IMG/VR virus record: IMGVR_UViG_3300032305_001907
Span: 5,616 to 69,615 of that record
Direction: 5' to 3' (one strand)
DNA length: 64,000 nt
Source: a virus
Lineage: Duplodnaviria > Caudoviricetes
Below are positions 44,550 to 54,600 of the stretch, one piece after another; position 1 is the stretch's first letter, and every line of letters begins with the position of its first letter. The position numbers were made by a program, and so were the translations under genes. The notes beneath the pieces are model-generated. The model did not search any database and was not told the origin of the DNA. It saw nothing but the letters and a program-made list of their open reading frames with translations.

Positions 44550-44938
44550 TGAGTGCTCTTGAAGATGATTTCCTAGGGCTGTGGCAAAAACGCAGCCCTT
44601 TTTTGCTGCTTGAACGAGAGTACAGTGGCATTGAAGCATGGGAATTTGACTATCAACAACGCTATGCCAAGTCAAAACGCAGCAAACGCTATCGCCTAGA
44701 CTTTGCGCATCCGGCTTCTCGCATTGGCATTGAAATACAAGGAGGAGTGTACATGCGAGGGCGGCATGTCACAGGCTCTGGTTATGAACGAGATTGCAGA
44801 AAGTATAATCTTGCCTACACCAGTGGTTGGACCATTTTCCTGCTTACTTCCACCATGACCAAAGACCCTTTTTGGTTTGATTTAATTGCCGCGTATATTG
44901 ATCAATCAATGTTGATGCTTCAGCCAGGAGAGCATTAG
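44549..44938 (+). CDS. Vsr/DUF559-like endonuclease (possible resolvase)
   Basis: YRLDFA, IGIEIQGG, GRH, DCRKYN, GWTIF. Confidence 0.75.
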   Translation: MSALEDDFLGLWQKRSPFLLLEREYSGIEAWEFDYQQRYAKSKRSKRYRLDFAHPASRIGIEIQGGVYMRGRHVTGSGYERDCRKYNLAYTSGWTIFLLTSTMTKDPFWFDLIAAYIDQSMLMLQPGEH

Positions 44939-45209
44939 CCGCTTCAAGGTCTACGTCACGCTTGTCTAGTGCTTGGCGAAGCTTAAGGTTTTCCAGCATC
45001 ATGCTTTGCGCTGCCGTTTGCATGGAAGACCAGCCAACAAGGAGATTACCGGCCACTTCTTTCAATTGTTTCATGTCGCTGCAATCAGCAATGGCTCGCT
45101 TGTTTACGGTGAGAGCAAATTCCCGTTGAGGCGAATTTTCAAATGGTCCCATGATAGTCACATGCCTTGTGCCATTGTAAACCATTTCCATAGGAATGCC
45201 GAATTTCAT
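44844..45209 (-). CDS. Hypothetical coiled-coil protein
   Basis: 121 aa; overlaps the convergent nuclease ORF by 95 nt. Confidence 0.5.
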   Translation of the reverse strand: MKFGIPMEMVYNGTRHVTIMGPFENSPQREFALTVNKRAIADCSDMKQLKEVAGNLLVGWSSMQTAAQSMMLENLKLRQALDKRDVDLEAANALLAEASTLIDQYTRQLNQTKKGLWSWWK

Positions 45210-45486
45210 GATGCCTGAAGTAAGTAAGACAACATTAGCTAAGGCCGAGGACAGTCAAATAATTGGTTGCTTCGGAAAGCCCGAAAGGATTGGTCGAAAA
45301 TGCCGCATGGTACACTAAGGCGCCCTTCGATGCTGTCATGACAGGACATGCCAAATGGCATTGGTGCCCCCGCAAAGGCCTGGTGTGGGACTGCAAGCCA
45401 AAGCCCCAGTCTCAAAATAATTGGCCCCAAGAGGCTGGCCAGTTGCTTGCGACGATGGTAAAGTGGCAGTTCGAGCAGCCCTGCCA

Positions 45487-46215
45487 ATGACCTATTCAAT
45501 TGCTGACCATCCACCAGCAGATCCCCTTGACGACGGGAAAAGCTATTTGCGTCTCATTGATTCAATGGGAAATAGCTTGTCTGTCATCAATGATGCACGA
45601 CAATCTTTCGACAAAGAAACGGAAGTTTGGGGCGAAAAAGAAGCTAAATTGCTTTACTATCTCATCCAGAATCACCACACCAGTCCATTGCGTGGTGTTG
45701 TTTTTAAGTGGAAAGTGAAGACGCCATTGTTCATTGCAAGGCAATGGTATAAGCACACGGTTGCTTCCACCTATGTTGATGATCAACTTGGCTGGAACGA
45801 GAAGAGTTTCCGCTATTGTTCAGTGGATGACAAGGCAGAATTCTACACTCCAAAGAATTTCCGCAGCCAAGCGCAAAACAACCGACAAGCCTCTGGAGAG
45901 CCCTTGTTGTCCAAAGACCAGTCGCTGGCCCTGTCTCTCTATTCAAAGGGCATAGAGGAGGGCAGGCAGGCCTATGACGCGCTTCTAGCAATGGGAGTGA
46001 GCAAGGAGCAAGCTCGTGGCGTAATGCCTCCATGCCTGTACACCCAATTCATTTGGACCTGCTCTTTGCAGACGCTGCTTCATTTCATAAGCCTTCGCAT
46101 TGGGGAATCGGCCCAAGGAGAGATTTCTGCTTATGCACATTCTCTCTATCACCTCGCCTTTCCCATTGCTCCTGAAGTTTTCACTGCTTCAAAAGACACT
46201 CGCTTTTCCCTTTGA
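45487..46215 (+). CDS. thyX: Flavin-dependent thymidylate synthase
   Basis: HTSPLR, PLFIARQWYKH, WNEKSFRY, EQARGVMP, LLHFISLR...AQGEI. Confidence 0.92.
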   Translation: MTYSIADHPPADPLDDGKSYLRLIDSMGNSLSVINDARQSFDKETEVWGEKEAKLLYYLIQNHHTSPLRGVVFKWKVKTPLFIARQWYKHTVASTYVDDQLGWNEKSFRYCSVDDKAEFYTPKNFRSQAQNNRQASGEPLLSKDQSLALSLYSKGIEEGRQAYDALLAMGVSKEQARGVMPPCLYTQFIWTCSLQTLLHFISLRIGESAQGEISAYAHSLYHLAFPIAPEVFTASKDTRFSL

Positions 46216-46217
46216 TC

Positions 46218-46604
46218 ATGACAAACCCTGCCGTTCCAAATCGAGATCATCAACACGGAGGCCTTGATGCCGTTGGCATCACGTCCCAGCAAATTAAAGA
46301 CTCCATGCGCGAAGGGATCAATTGGAAAACAAATTCCCTGCATCCAGCAGCAAAGGAATCCCTCGACATGATTGCCCATAAAATTGCCAGGGTTCTCTCT
46401 GGCAACGATCCGCATGACTTCCAACACTGGGAAGATATTGCTGGCTATGCCACGGCCTTCATGCGTACATGGTCAGAATTGCACGAAGAAGATGCTGGAG
46501 CCAAGCAAGAAATAAGGCAAGGACCACCAATTGCTCTTTACGAAGGCCAGCCACCAATCAATTTGTATAACGCAGTTGTGCGCAATGCTTGGTACGAGGG
46601 CTAA
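46218..46604 (+). CDS. DUF6378-like protein
   Basis: KESLDMIAHKIARVLSG...HWEDIAGYA. Confidence 0.75.
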   Translation: MTNPAVPNRDHQHGGLDAVGITSQQIKDSMREGINWKTNSLHPAAKESLDMIAHKIARVLSGNDPHDFQHWEDIAGYATAFMRTWSELHEEDAGAKQEIRQGPPIALYEGQPPINLYNAVVRNAWYEG

Positions 46605-47104
46605 GCAGCATACATAGTCAAAAGGGGCAGTCGAGCCCCTTTTTTAGTATCTTCATGAATTGGCAAGGTGCGTTGCGTTGCTTCACACCACGCCTCCCAA
46701 TTACACAAATCAGTATGTGCGCTCACAAAACTATTGGCATACACCCACGCCAGCAACACTTCTTCCCTCTCTTTTGACCAAATCTCCTTAGGCCTCCACC
46801 ATTCAAACACTGGCAAACTTCCCTTGCTTGCATTGCACACTAAGCATGAAGGAATTGAGTTCCATTTCGCAAAATGCGGCCCTCCCTTGCTCTTCGGCAC
46901 AATATGATCAATGGTTAGTTTTTCGCTCCATTGCCCGCAATAAGCGCAAGCACAATGACCGAACGGGCCTCTAGTGGCAAAGTCCTCAAAGATGCTTTTA
47001 CGGAAACGACGTTTAGCTTCGCCAGGACGTAATTCAGACAGAGAATGAAGAAGCTCGTTCGGCCCGTTCATCATTCCCATGGCAGCACCAAACTGTCTGC
47101 CCAT
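46601..47104 (-). CDS. HNH endonuclease
   Basis: CAYCG...TIDHIVPKSKGG...SCLVCNASKG. Confidence 0.85.
   Translation of the reverse strand: MGRQFGAAMGMMNGPNELLHSLSELRPGEAKRRFRKSIFEDFATRGPFGHCACAYCGQWSEKLTIDHIVPKSKGGPHFAKWNSIPSCLVCNASKGSLPVFEWWRPKEIWSKEREEVLLAWVYANSFVSAHTDLCNWEAWCEATQRTLPIHEDTKKGARLPLLTMYAA
46620..46645. terminator. Bidirectional terminator
   Basis: AAAAGGGGC-AGTCGA-GCCCCTTTTTT between convergent genes. Confidence 0.8.
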
Positions 47105-47168
47105 AGTTTAGCCACCAAAAGCTATCCCCCATGGCGTTGTAGAATAAAGAAAAGAATCGCTTGAGATC

Positions 47169-47378
47169 ATGAAGGCCTGGCAAGAGGGTTTTGCTAATTT
47201 TGCGGCCACCTTGACCGCCGGAATGTTACTCGCCAGTGGCGCCACGCTTGTTGCCGTGAGCAGTCAGCAAGTGAAAGTATCAGCACAGATTGAAAGCATC
47301 ACTGAAAAACTTGGTGATCTCACGGAAAGCATGAAAGGGCTTGAAGGACGGGTGAGAAGTTTGGAAATCAAGCGCTAA
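47169..47378 (+). CDS. TM + coiled-coil protein (holin/spanin-like candidate)
   Basis: One TM helix then coiled coil; lysis cassette position. Confidence 0.45.
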   Translation: MKAWQEGFANFAATLTAGMLLASGATLVAVSSQQVKVSAQIESITEKLGDLTESMKGLEGRVRSLEIKR

Positions 47379-47405
47379 GCTAGGGGCAAACGTTTTTTTT
47401 CAGTC

Positions 47406-47549
47406 ATGACTCCTGCTGAACTCATGCTCATCGGTGGCATCATCGTCGGCGCCATTGAAACCATCATTGCCGCTCTTCCCATTAAGCCCAATAGCACTGT
47501 TGAGCTGGTTCTCGCCATCGCCAAGGCCATCTTCAAGACCAGGAAATGA
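47406..47549 (+). CDS. Putative holin (47 aa)
   Basis: MTPAELMLIGGIIVGAIETIIAALPIKPNSTVELVLAIAKAIFKTRK; hydrophobic, basic C-terminus, overlaps endolysin start. Confidence 0.55.
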   Translation: MTPAELMLIGGIIVGAIETIIAALPIKPNSTVELVLAIAKAIFKTRK

Positions 47550-48253
47550 TCATGGCCGAGCCAGTTCGCCTGTCTGATCTGTTCAAATACTACAAGCATG
47601 GCCTGCCGCATCAAGATGCAGCAGTAAAGATGCTTGAGGAGAAGCTCATGGCGGCCTATCCTGACCTCATGTCAAGAGAGCAGGAATGGTTCAAGGTGTG
47701 GAGTCAGGCGGGCAAGCAGGCGGCCCCTAAGAACTTGGTTCTCAATGTACCTTATGAATGGCAGCGAGACAACAAAAGTGGCACGGGCTTCAGGGAATGC
47801 TTTAGTAGCAGTGCTGCTATGGTGGCAAAATTCTATGGGAAGATTAGTGGTGATGATGAATACAATTCCATTCGCTCTCGCTTTGGTGATAGCACTGATG
47901 CTTCCAGTCAACTACAAGCGCTTCAGTATGTTGGCCTTCGCGCTGAATTCAAACAAAATCTAGGCATTGCCGATCTTGAAAGAGAGATCAGCAATGGCCA
48001 TCCAGTGCTCACGGGATGGCTGCACCATGGATCCTACCAGGCACCGTCTGGAGGCGGCCACTGGAGCGTTGCAGTGGGCACTGACGCAACGTCCGTCATC
48101 CATAACGATCCCTATGGCATGGCTGATATTGTCAATGGAAGTTACAAAAGTGCTCAAGGTGGCAAGTACGTTCACTACAGCAAACAGTATTGGCTTCCTC
48201 GCTGGCAAGTGGAAGGAGCAAATTCTGGCTGGGGAGTGCTGATCAGCAAGTGA
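47546..48253 (+). CDS. Peptidase C39-like protein, candidate endolysin
   Basis: RECFSSSAAM (Cys), GGHWSV (His), HNDPYG (Asp). Confidence 0.75.
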   Translation: MIMAEPVRLSDLFKYYKHGLPHQDAAVKMLEEKLMAAYPDLMSREQEWFKVWSQAGKQAAPKNLVLNVPYEWQRDNKSGTGFRECFSSSAAMVAKFYGKISGDDEYNSIRSRFGDSTDASSQLQALQYVGLRAEFKQNLGIADLEREISNGHPVLTGWLHHGSYQAPSGGGHWSVAVGTDATSVIHNDPYGMADIVNGSYKSAQGGKYVHYSKQYWLPRWQVEGANSGWGVLISK

Positions 48254-48651
48254 CCACTACTGCATTGGCTAATGCTTTGCTTTATCAATTGGCCAAGTGG
48301 TTCATTGAACGAAAGCCAGCACTTGCCTTTCATCCATTGATGATACGCTTGCTCGCATGGTGCAGGCCAGATTGGGAGCAATGGAAAGTAAGCGAGACCA
48401 TGAAGAGGGTAGACAGCCAGGCTGCGGCATTGGTGGAGCAATGGGAAAAAGATGACGAGACAAATCAAACCATCGAGTTGGTTCAAAAAGCTCAGCAGCT
48501 ATTCCCAGATGCAATAGTTACCAGCGTGCCAAATGCGCCTATTCCTTCAGTGATGATTGAACATGAAGCCGCATCGGATGCAAGTGATGCAGTAAAAGCA
48601 TTGGGAGGGGAAATGCGTATCGCCTCCCTTTGGTCCATCGACAATAATTAG
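48250..48651 (+). CDS. Hypothetical protein (lysis cassette)
   Basis: GTG start overlapping upstream stop. Confidence 0.55.
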   Translation: MTTTALANALLYQLAKWFIERKPALAFHPLMIRLLAWCRPDWEQWKVSETMKRVDSQAAALVEQWEKDDETNQTIELVQKAQQLFPDAIVTSVPNAPIPSVMIEHEAASDASDAVKALGGEMRIASLWSIDNN

Positions 48652-49871
48652 ACCACTTCCACCCAGCCAATTTGACCGATTGCCTTGGCCGCAGCATCAC
48701 TATCGACAGTAAGCATTAAGACATCACTTTGGCCAGAAGCATCCACGCCAAGTGCAAGCCCAATAGCAGTATCAATGGAAAGATTGACGGACTGTCTTTG
48801 CGACACAACGCCAGTGTTGACAATCGTGCCGCCGCTGATTGCAGTGGCGCTGGTAGTGGTCTCAACATTCCCTCGCCCATTGGTTGCAGGAGCCCAAGTA
48901 ACGCCAGAAACTGTTGGATTTAGGCGCAGTCTCCACACCACCACATCATTCGTCGAACATGCCACGTCAATTTTGGTCGGAAGGATGACATTACCAGTGC
49001 GACCACTTGCCATGCGAATGCCTGCCGTAAGTCGCTCTCCAGAAGCATTTGCAACACTCAATGGTGCGCTAATAGAGTAGGTGGCACCATCAGGCTCATA
49101 GCCTCCCTCGCTCAAGACGCTGCAGCAAATCTGCTGGAACGTGCGGCTACTGGCTTGAGCCGTTGTATTTGCCATGCGATAGGACAATGGCAAAATAGCT
49201 GTTTGCATGTAGACAGAGCTAATATTGTTCGCATGGTTAAATTCATGGCAATATTTAATCTCACCGTCAATAACAAAACCACACCTCACTCGCCCCACAC
49301 CAAGCCATTCAAGATCAGTGGCAAGGATTTGCGCTTTTGAAAAGTCAAGCGATGGTAAAGTGTTGATATTCCACGCCGATTGGCTTACTACATTTTCAAC
49401 TACAGAACCAGTGGTGAAGCTTCTAATGACAAACTGAATGGTGGTGCCACTAGCCCTTACCATCACGCCATTTTGATCATCAAAAAAACCTACTTCCTGA
49501 GTAAGCCCTGATGTAGGTGTGGCGCCAACAAAACTTTGTAATATGAAAATTGCTTTCCCTGGCTGGTAAGGAAACCTTTGCTTAGTCCGACGCAACACGC
49601 TATCGCCAGAAGCAGTGGTGGTCTTCAGCTCTAAGGTGCTTGCATTGGTCAGAAAATTAGTAGTGGCGCCTCCAGCAGTGATTTCATACCATTGATCAGC
49701 CCGCTTGTCATAGCGCATTGTGCTGTCAAACAACGTGAAAGGATTGCTAACACGTTGCCTGCCAAACGCATCTACAGCGCCGCTGTCTGGGCCACTATCA
49801 ACAAGATTGCCATACTTATCGGCAATTACATGGGTTTCAAACTGCTCTCCATTCGCAACAATTTGTCCCAT
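48648..49871 (-). CDS. Probable virion structural protein (lectin/jelly-roll-like)
   Basis: 407 aa, DAFGRQRVSNPFTLFDS, YQPGK, WLGVGRVRCGF; Thr/Ser rich; last gene of tail operon. Confidence 0.55.
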   Translation of the reverse strand: MGQIVANGEQFETHVIADKYGNLVDSGPDSGAVDAFGRQRVSNPFTLFDSTMRYDKRADQWYEITAGGATTNFLTNASTLELKTTTASGDSVLRRTKQRFPYQPGKAIFILQSFVGATPTSGLTQEVGFFDDQNGVMVRASGTTIQFVIRSFTTGSVVENVVSQSAWNINTLPSLDFSKAQILATDLEWLGVGRVRCGFVIDGEIKYCHEFNHANNISSVYMQTAILPLSYRMANTTAQASSRTFQQICCSVLSEGGYEPDGATYSISAPLSVANASGERLTAGIRMASGRTGNVILPTKIDVACSTNDVVVWRLRLNPTVSGVTWAPATNGRGNVETTTSATAISGGTIVNTGVVSQRQSVNLSIDTAIGLALGVDASGQSDVLMLTVDSDAAAKAIGQIGWVEVV

Positions 49872-49880
49872 TGTGCCCTT

Positions 49881-50114
49881 TTATTTCTTGGGTGAATATG
49901 CTCTATCATACTCGGCTCCAATGGAAAGCATCGCTTCGCTTACATTCTGAGGGGCAAAGCCACAGGCCATCATGAATTGGTAGAACGCACGACAAAGTGC
50001 CTCAGGGCTTTCTCCGCTATAGGTGTGATCAATTTGTTGGTACGAGCAAGTGTCCCTTAGTCCCTCTTCGCAGCTAAAACGATGGGAAAAGGAAAAGGAA
50101 TTGACGGAAGCCAT
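49881..50114 (-). CDS. Hypothetical protein
   Basis: 77 aa. Confidence 0.55.
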   Translation of the reverse strand: MASVNSFSFSHRFSCEEGLRDTCSYQQIDHTYSGESPEALCRAFYQFMMACGFAPQNVSEAMLSIGAEYDRAYSPKK

Positions 50115-50332
50115 GGCAAAGAAAAAGGCCAGCCCGTAGGCTAGCCCTGCATGATGCGCTTGTCAATCAACCTCGGCCCTGGCCCCTGGTTTTCTTGCGT
50201 CCACGCCGTAGAGGCCTGGAATTAGCACCTTGACCAATAGAAGTGGTTTTCGGAGGGCCTGCTTGATGCTCGCGCTTGAGGGCGCCACTGCCGCCTTTGC
50301 TCTTGACTGCCATGGGAAAAAGAAGAACGCTA

Positions 50333-50650
50333 TCAGCTTACAGCAGCAGCCCAGGGAACGCCAGCAGCTTTCGTGGGGGCTGCCTGTTCATCCAACTGGC
50401 TCTGCAAAGCCTGTTCAATTTGCTCCACCTTCTCTTCAGTGAGAGCATCCTTCACCCATTGGATGGCCATTTCTTCAGTGATTTCCGAATAGGGCACAAG
50501 ATCCTCAGGACGCTCAAAGCCAATGCTGCCATAGGCTCCAGCGGAATAAGCAGCGTTTTTGGCGGAAATAGTGTAGTGGGCGGTGAAAACGAAACCATCG
50601 GCAGTTTCGCGCTCAAGATTGCCAATGGTCCAGGTGAAAGCAGTTGTCAT
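50333..50650 (-). CDS. Small tail-fibre-associated protein
   Basis: TWTIGNLERETADG...GVPW pattern usually following fibre genes. Confidence 0.6.
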   Translation of the reverse strand: MTTAFTWTIGNLERETADGFVFTAHYTISAKNAAYSAGAYGSIGFERPEDLVPYSEITEEMAIQWVKDALTEEKVEQIEQALQSQLDEQAAPTKAAGVPWAAAVS

Positions 50651-50720
50651 GATTGAGATGAAAGCATTGCTAGTTTAGCATTCGATGAGGCAGTTGCCCG
50701 CTCCGCCATCAAAAATTTAT

Positions 50721-51575
50721 TTACAGTTCGGGCATTTCGTACTCTTTGGTTATATTGCAATAGTGTTTGAAGATAATCTCGCTAGTATTGCCAGCCCAGC
50801 TTGCCACCTGCGGCACCGGAATTCCTGCTTCAATCCATCGACTAATAGCAGTATGCCTACAATCGTATGGTCGATAAAGATGTGAAATCAATCCAGCCTT
50901 ATGCAGTGGCTGCAATTTCTTCCGAAAAAAGCTTTGAAAAGCAATTCTATCCCATGGAAATAAGTATTCCTGGTCAGAAGAAAGTAGGGAAAGAATTTCC
51001 TGGCATTTATTGTTTAATGGCACCCACCGTTTTTTGTTTGTTTTTGTGCTATCCTTTAGCCCGTGCGTCAGCGTCCAGTTTTGATGCACCAATATTTTGT
51101 TATCTTTTATGTCACTCCAACGCAGCGCCCTTACTTCTCCTGTACGCATGGCAGTTTGAAGCATAAATTCCGTGTACCAGCCCCAATTCACATTTTTATG
51201 GGTGCGTTTTGCTGATAATGCAGCCAATACCAGCCCAACTTCATTCTGTGGGATGACAATAATATCTTGGTCTTTCTGAGGCGCCTTGGGCATCTTAAAA
51301 CTAGCCAATAGATTCTTTTCCAGATAACCAACGTCTTCTTGCGCCGCCCATCGAAACATTGTTTTGGTGTACATGGCAACACGCCTAGAGGACAGCACTG
51401 GTTTTTCGCCCAACACCCAGATCATAATCTTACGCGCCTCGCCTAAATCTTGAATGGGACAGCGCTCTAGCCACTTGGTCACTTGTGTGTAATCAGAAGT
51501 AAGGCTAGTTGGGCATAAGGAAATGGAGCGCTCTTCTAAGAAGGCGCTCCAAAGTCCTGAGAGGGTGGTTGGCAT
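50721..51575 (-). CDS. Tyrosine recombinase/integrase (no arm-binding domain)
   Basis: MRTGEVRAL (R), TKTNKKR (K), PYDCRHT, WAGNT, KHY (Y); 284 aa; AT-rich. Confidence 0.88.
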   Translation of the reverse strand: MPTTLSGLWSAFLEERSISLCPTSLTSDYTQVTKWLERCPIQDLGEARKIMIWVLGEKPVLSSRRVAMYTKTMFRWAAQEDVGYLEKNLLASFKMPKAPQKDQDIIVIPQNEVGLVLAALSAKRTHKNVNWGWYTEFMLQTAMRTGEVRALRWSDIKDNKILVHQNWTLTHGLKDSTKTNKKRWVPLNNKCQEILSLLSSDQEYLFPWDRIAFQSFFRKKLQPLHKAGLISHLYRPYDCRHTAISRWIEAGIPVPQVASWAGNTSEIIFKHYCNITKEYEMPEL

Positions 51576-51599
51576 GGATTCGTAGGTGAGGGCTTCAAT

Positions 51600-51633
51600 G
51601 AAACATGTTACTGTTTCTCAAGAAGCTTGTCAA
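51600..51633 (-). promoter_or_regulatory. Sigma70-type promoter of recombinase, with overlapping inverted repeat
   Basis: TTGACA-17 bp-TAACAT; GAAACA-TGTTAC-TGTTTC dyad at 51600-51617. Confidence 0.65.
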
Positions 51634-51659
51634 CCCGTTAGAGGCGTTGACTACTGGCT

Positions 51660-54600
51660 CTAGCAAGCCATCAGGACACAAGGCACGCAGTAGCTGCCGT
51701 CCTCATAGGTGCAGGTGATGTGGGTACTGGTGACCTTGGCAACGGTCTTGCTGCGAATGATGTCGTCGTCTTGGGGCTTGGCAGTGCCATCACCGGCAGA
51801 CATCAGCAAATCACCGCGCTCAACAGTGACGCCTTCAGCAATACGGATAATGAAATCACCCGTCATCGCGCAGTAGAAGTCATCAACGTAGGTGTCGTCG
51901 TCATTGTCCCAGGCTTGGAACACGCCAGACACGTTTTTGTCACCTTCAACGTCGCTCACCTTCATGCGATTGAGCTGTTCGTTTGCTTCTTCACCCCAGC
52001 CGCACATCTCATCAATGTTGCTCAGAACGGTGCCGCGTAGGATCTCTTCGCGAGTTGCGCCGCCAGGTAGTTGCGACCAGCGGGAAAGGTGGGCGCCGTT
52101 GTAGCTGACTGTTGTGCCGGAGACGGAAATTGTACCTTCTTGTGTCGCATCCTGGTAAAATAAAACCAGATCACCATCGTTAGTTTTACGGTTTACATAG
52201 AGAGCTGCATTGCCATCCCTGGAAGCTGCAACATAACCATTGCTGCCAATGGCAGTGCCTACTGTGTTATCTCCTGCGATTCCAGGCCCATCAGTCGTAG
52301 ATTGACCTATTCGTAAATTACCCGCCTGCGTAATCCTCATCCTCTCCGTAGGACTAGCCGCGCCATCTGCCGTAGTGGAGAACACTAAGCGGCCTGGAAG
52401 GTCAGTTGTATCTCCACCGCTAAATGGCGTGCCATCAACTTCACAAGCAATCCAAGCGGCATAATTGCTAAAATCGCTTCCATTAGATCCGCAGAATTGC
52501 AAATATCCCAGCGCATCTCCGTTTGCCACTGCCGTAACAGAACCAGAAGTTGTACCCCTGCTTCGTGACAAGCTAATTACAGCACCATCTCCAGCAGTTG
52601 TGCCACCATGTCGGGTAGCAGAAATGCTTGCACCCGTGGTTTCATTTTGAACTGCATGATTGGAGCCACCTATGGGAAGCGCACTAGACGTGCCAACTAA
52701 GAGCCTGCCGGAGCTGTCGATGCGGGCTTTTTCTACACTGGCAATGTTAAAAGCCAACGGACTGCCATCTAATACTAATTGCTTGGACGAACTGCCCGCA
52801 TCATTAAGAGCAGCAATGTTAACCATATTTGCTCCAGATGAATAAAAAATAGCTGCTGTGTCTGATGCCACGTTGACGTGTAGTTTTCCCGCAGGCGCAG
52901 TAGTGCCAATCCCTACGTTGCCTGCGGAGGTGATGCGGAGGCGTTCGGCAGCATTTGTGTAAAAGTTTAATGAGTGATTTGTGTCGGCCCCTAAGGAAAC
53001 ACTGGTTGATCCAGCTTGCAGGCTTCCGCTAACACCATTGTTGGTTTCCGAAATTTTAATTGCTGTACTAGACGCTGCGCTTACGTGTAGGTTTGAGCTA
53101 GGACTACTAGTCCCCAGACCTACAAGGCCAGCCGAGGTTATCCGCAGTCTTTCAGTAGGACTTGCTGCACCATCAGCCGTTGTACTGAAGACCAGGCGGC
53201 CTGGCATGTCGTTGGTGCCTGGGGTGCCATCTACTTGAGCAGAAATAGATGCCGCTGGAGCCATATTTGTTCCATCGGCACCTTCAAAATAAACACCCCC
53301 TAAAGCATCGCCATTTTGAACAACTGTTTTGCTGTTTGCGGTTGTGCCCCTAGATTTACCAAATGATACGTAAGCGCCCCCTGCGCTAGCAGCGTTGGTC
53401 TTCAATGCCAGTGTTGACAATGCGGCGTTTTGTTCTATGCCAAATTGATAGTTTGTAGCCGCAGTCCAAGTGTCGAACGCAGAAGAAGCCCCCACCAAAA
53501 GCCTGCCGGAGCTATCGATGCGCATGGCCTCAGCGCCACCTTCAACAAAGGCAAGCGTGTCGGCTGCGGGGCTGTAAATGCCAGTGTTCAGGTCGCCAGT
53601 GAAGGTAATCGACGGGGTGCCGACTGCTCCAAGGGGATGAACTACTGGCAGGGTTGAAGTAGTTGCTGCGGTATCAACTGCTAGTCGCTGCGTGCCATTG
53701 GTCGAGATGGCTACATTATTTGCCGAAGGCAGATAAACGCCGTTGGTTGGGGCGGTGCCGCCGGTGGGGATGAAGCTGCCAGCGGTGCTGGTGCCGGTGG
53801 TTGTAGTGTTCTGGCCGCCAAAACCGGGGCTGATCTTGGTGCCGTCAATGGCGGCCGAGGCATTGACGTCAGCGTTGACGATCACGCCGCTGCTGATAGC
53901 AGCAGTACCAGTGCTGCCGATGGTGATGTCGCCGCTGACTTTACCAAAGGCGTAGTCGGTAATACGGGTAGCGGCTGCTTTGCGGTTGGTGCCAGCGCCA
54001 CCGTCATCAACAATGAACAGATCAACATCAGCCAACGCAGCGCCGATGTCAGTACCGCCGTCGATATTCAGCGCCGACAGTGATACTTTATCTGCGGTGG
54101 AAATAGTGGCAAGTTTAGTATCAACAATAGCAGCGCTGGCATTGATGTCGGCATTAAGAATCGTGCCATCAAGAATCATCGTGCTGGTAACAGTACCACT
54201 ATCGCCGGTCGTTACTACCGTTCCCGTGGTATCGGGAAATGTAATGGTCCTATCCGCAGTTGGATCTACAACCGCTAATGTAGTTTCAAAAGCATCGGCA
54301 GTGGCACCTTCAAAAGTGAAACTACCAGTGGAACCAATTTCCAAGTTGCCAGTAATAATCCCACCAGACTTTGGCAATGCGGCATTGGCCAAGTCATAAG
54401 CAGTCTTAACGGCAGTAGATGAAGCAATGCCCGATGATGAAGTTGTGGATATGGAGTCTGAGACTTTACTTTGCAGACCTGCTGCTGTTACAGCACGAGC
54501 AGTATCGGCGCCTGCCTGCACTTCCGCATTAGTGGCAAGTTCAACCAATCCTTGAACAGTATCACTGGACAATGGAGTGGCATTCACCCATGCGCTACCA

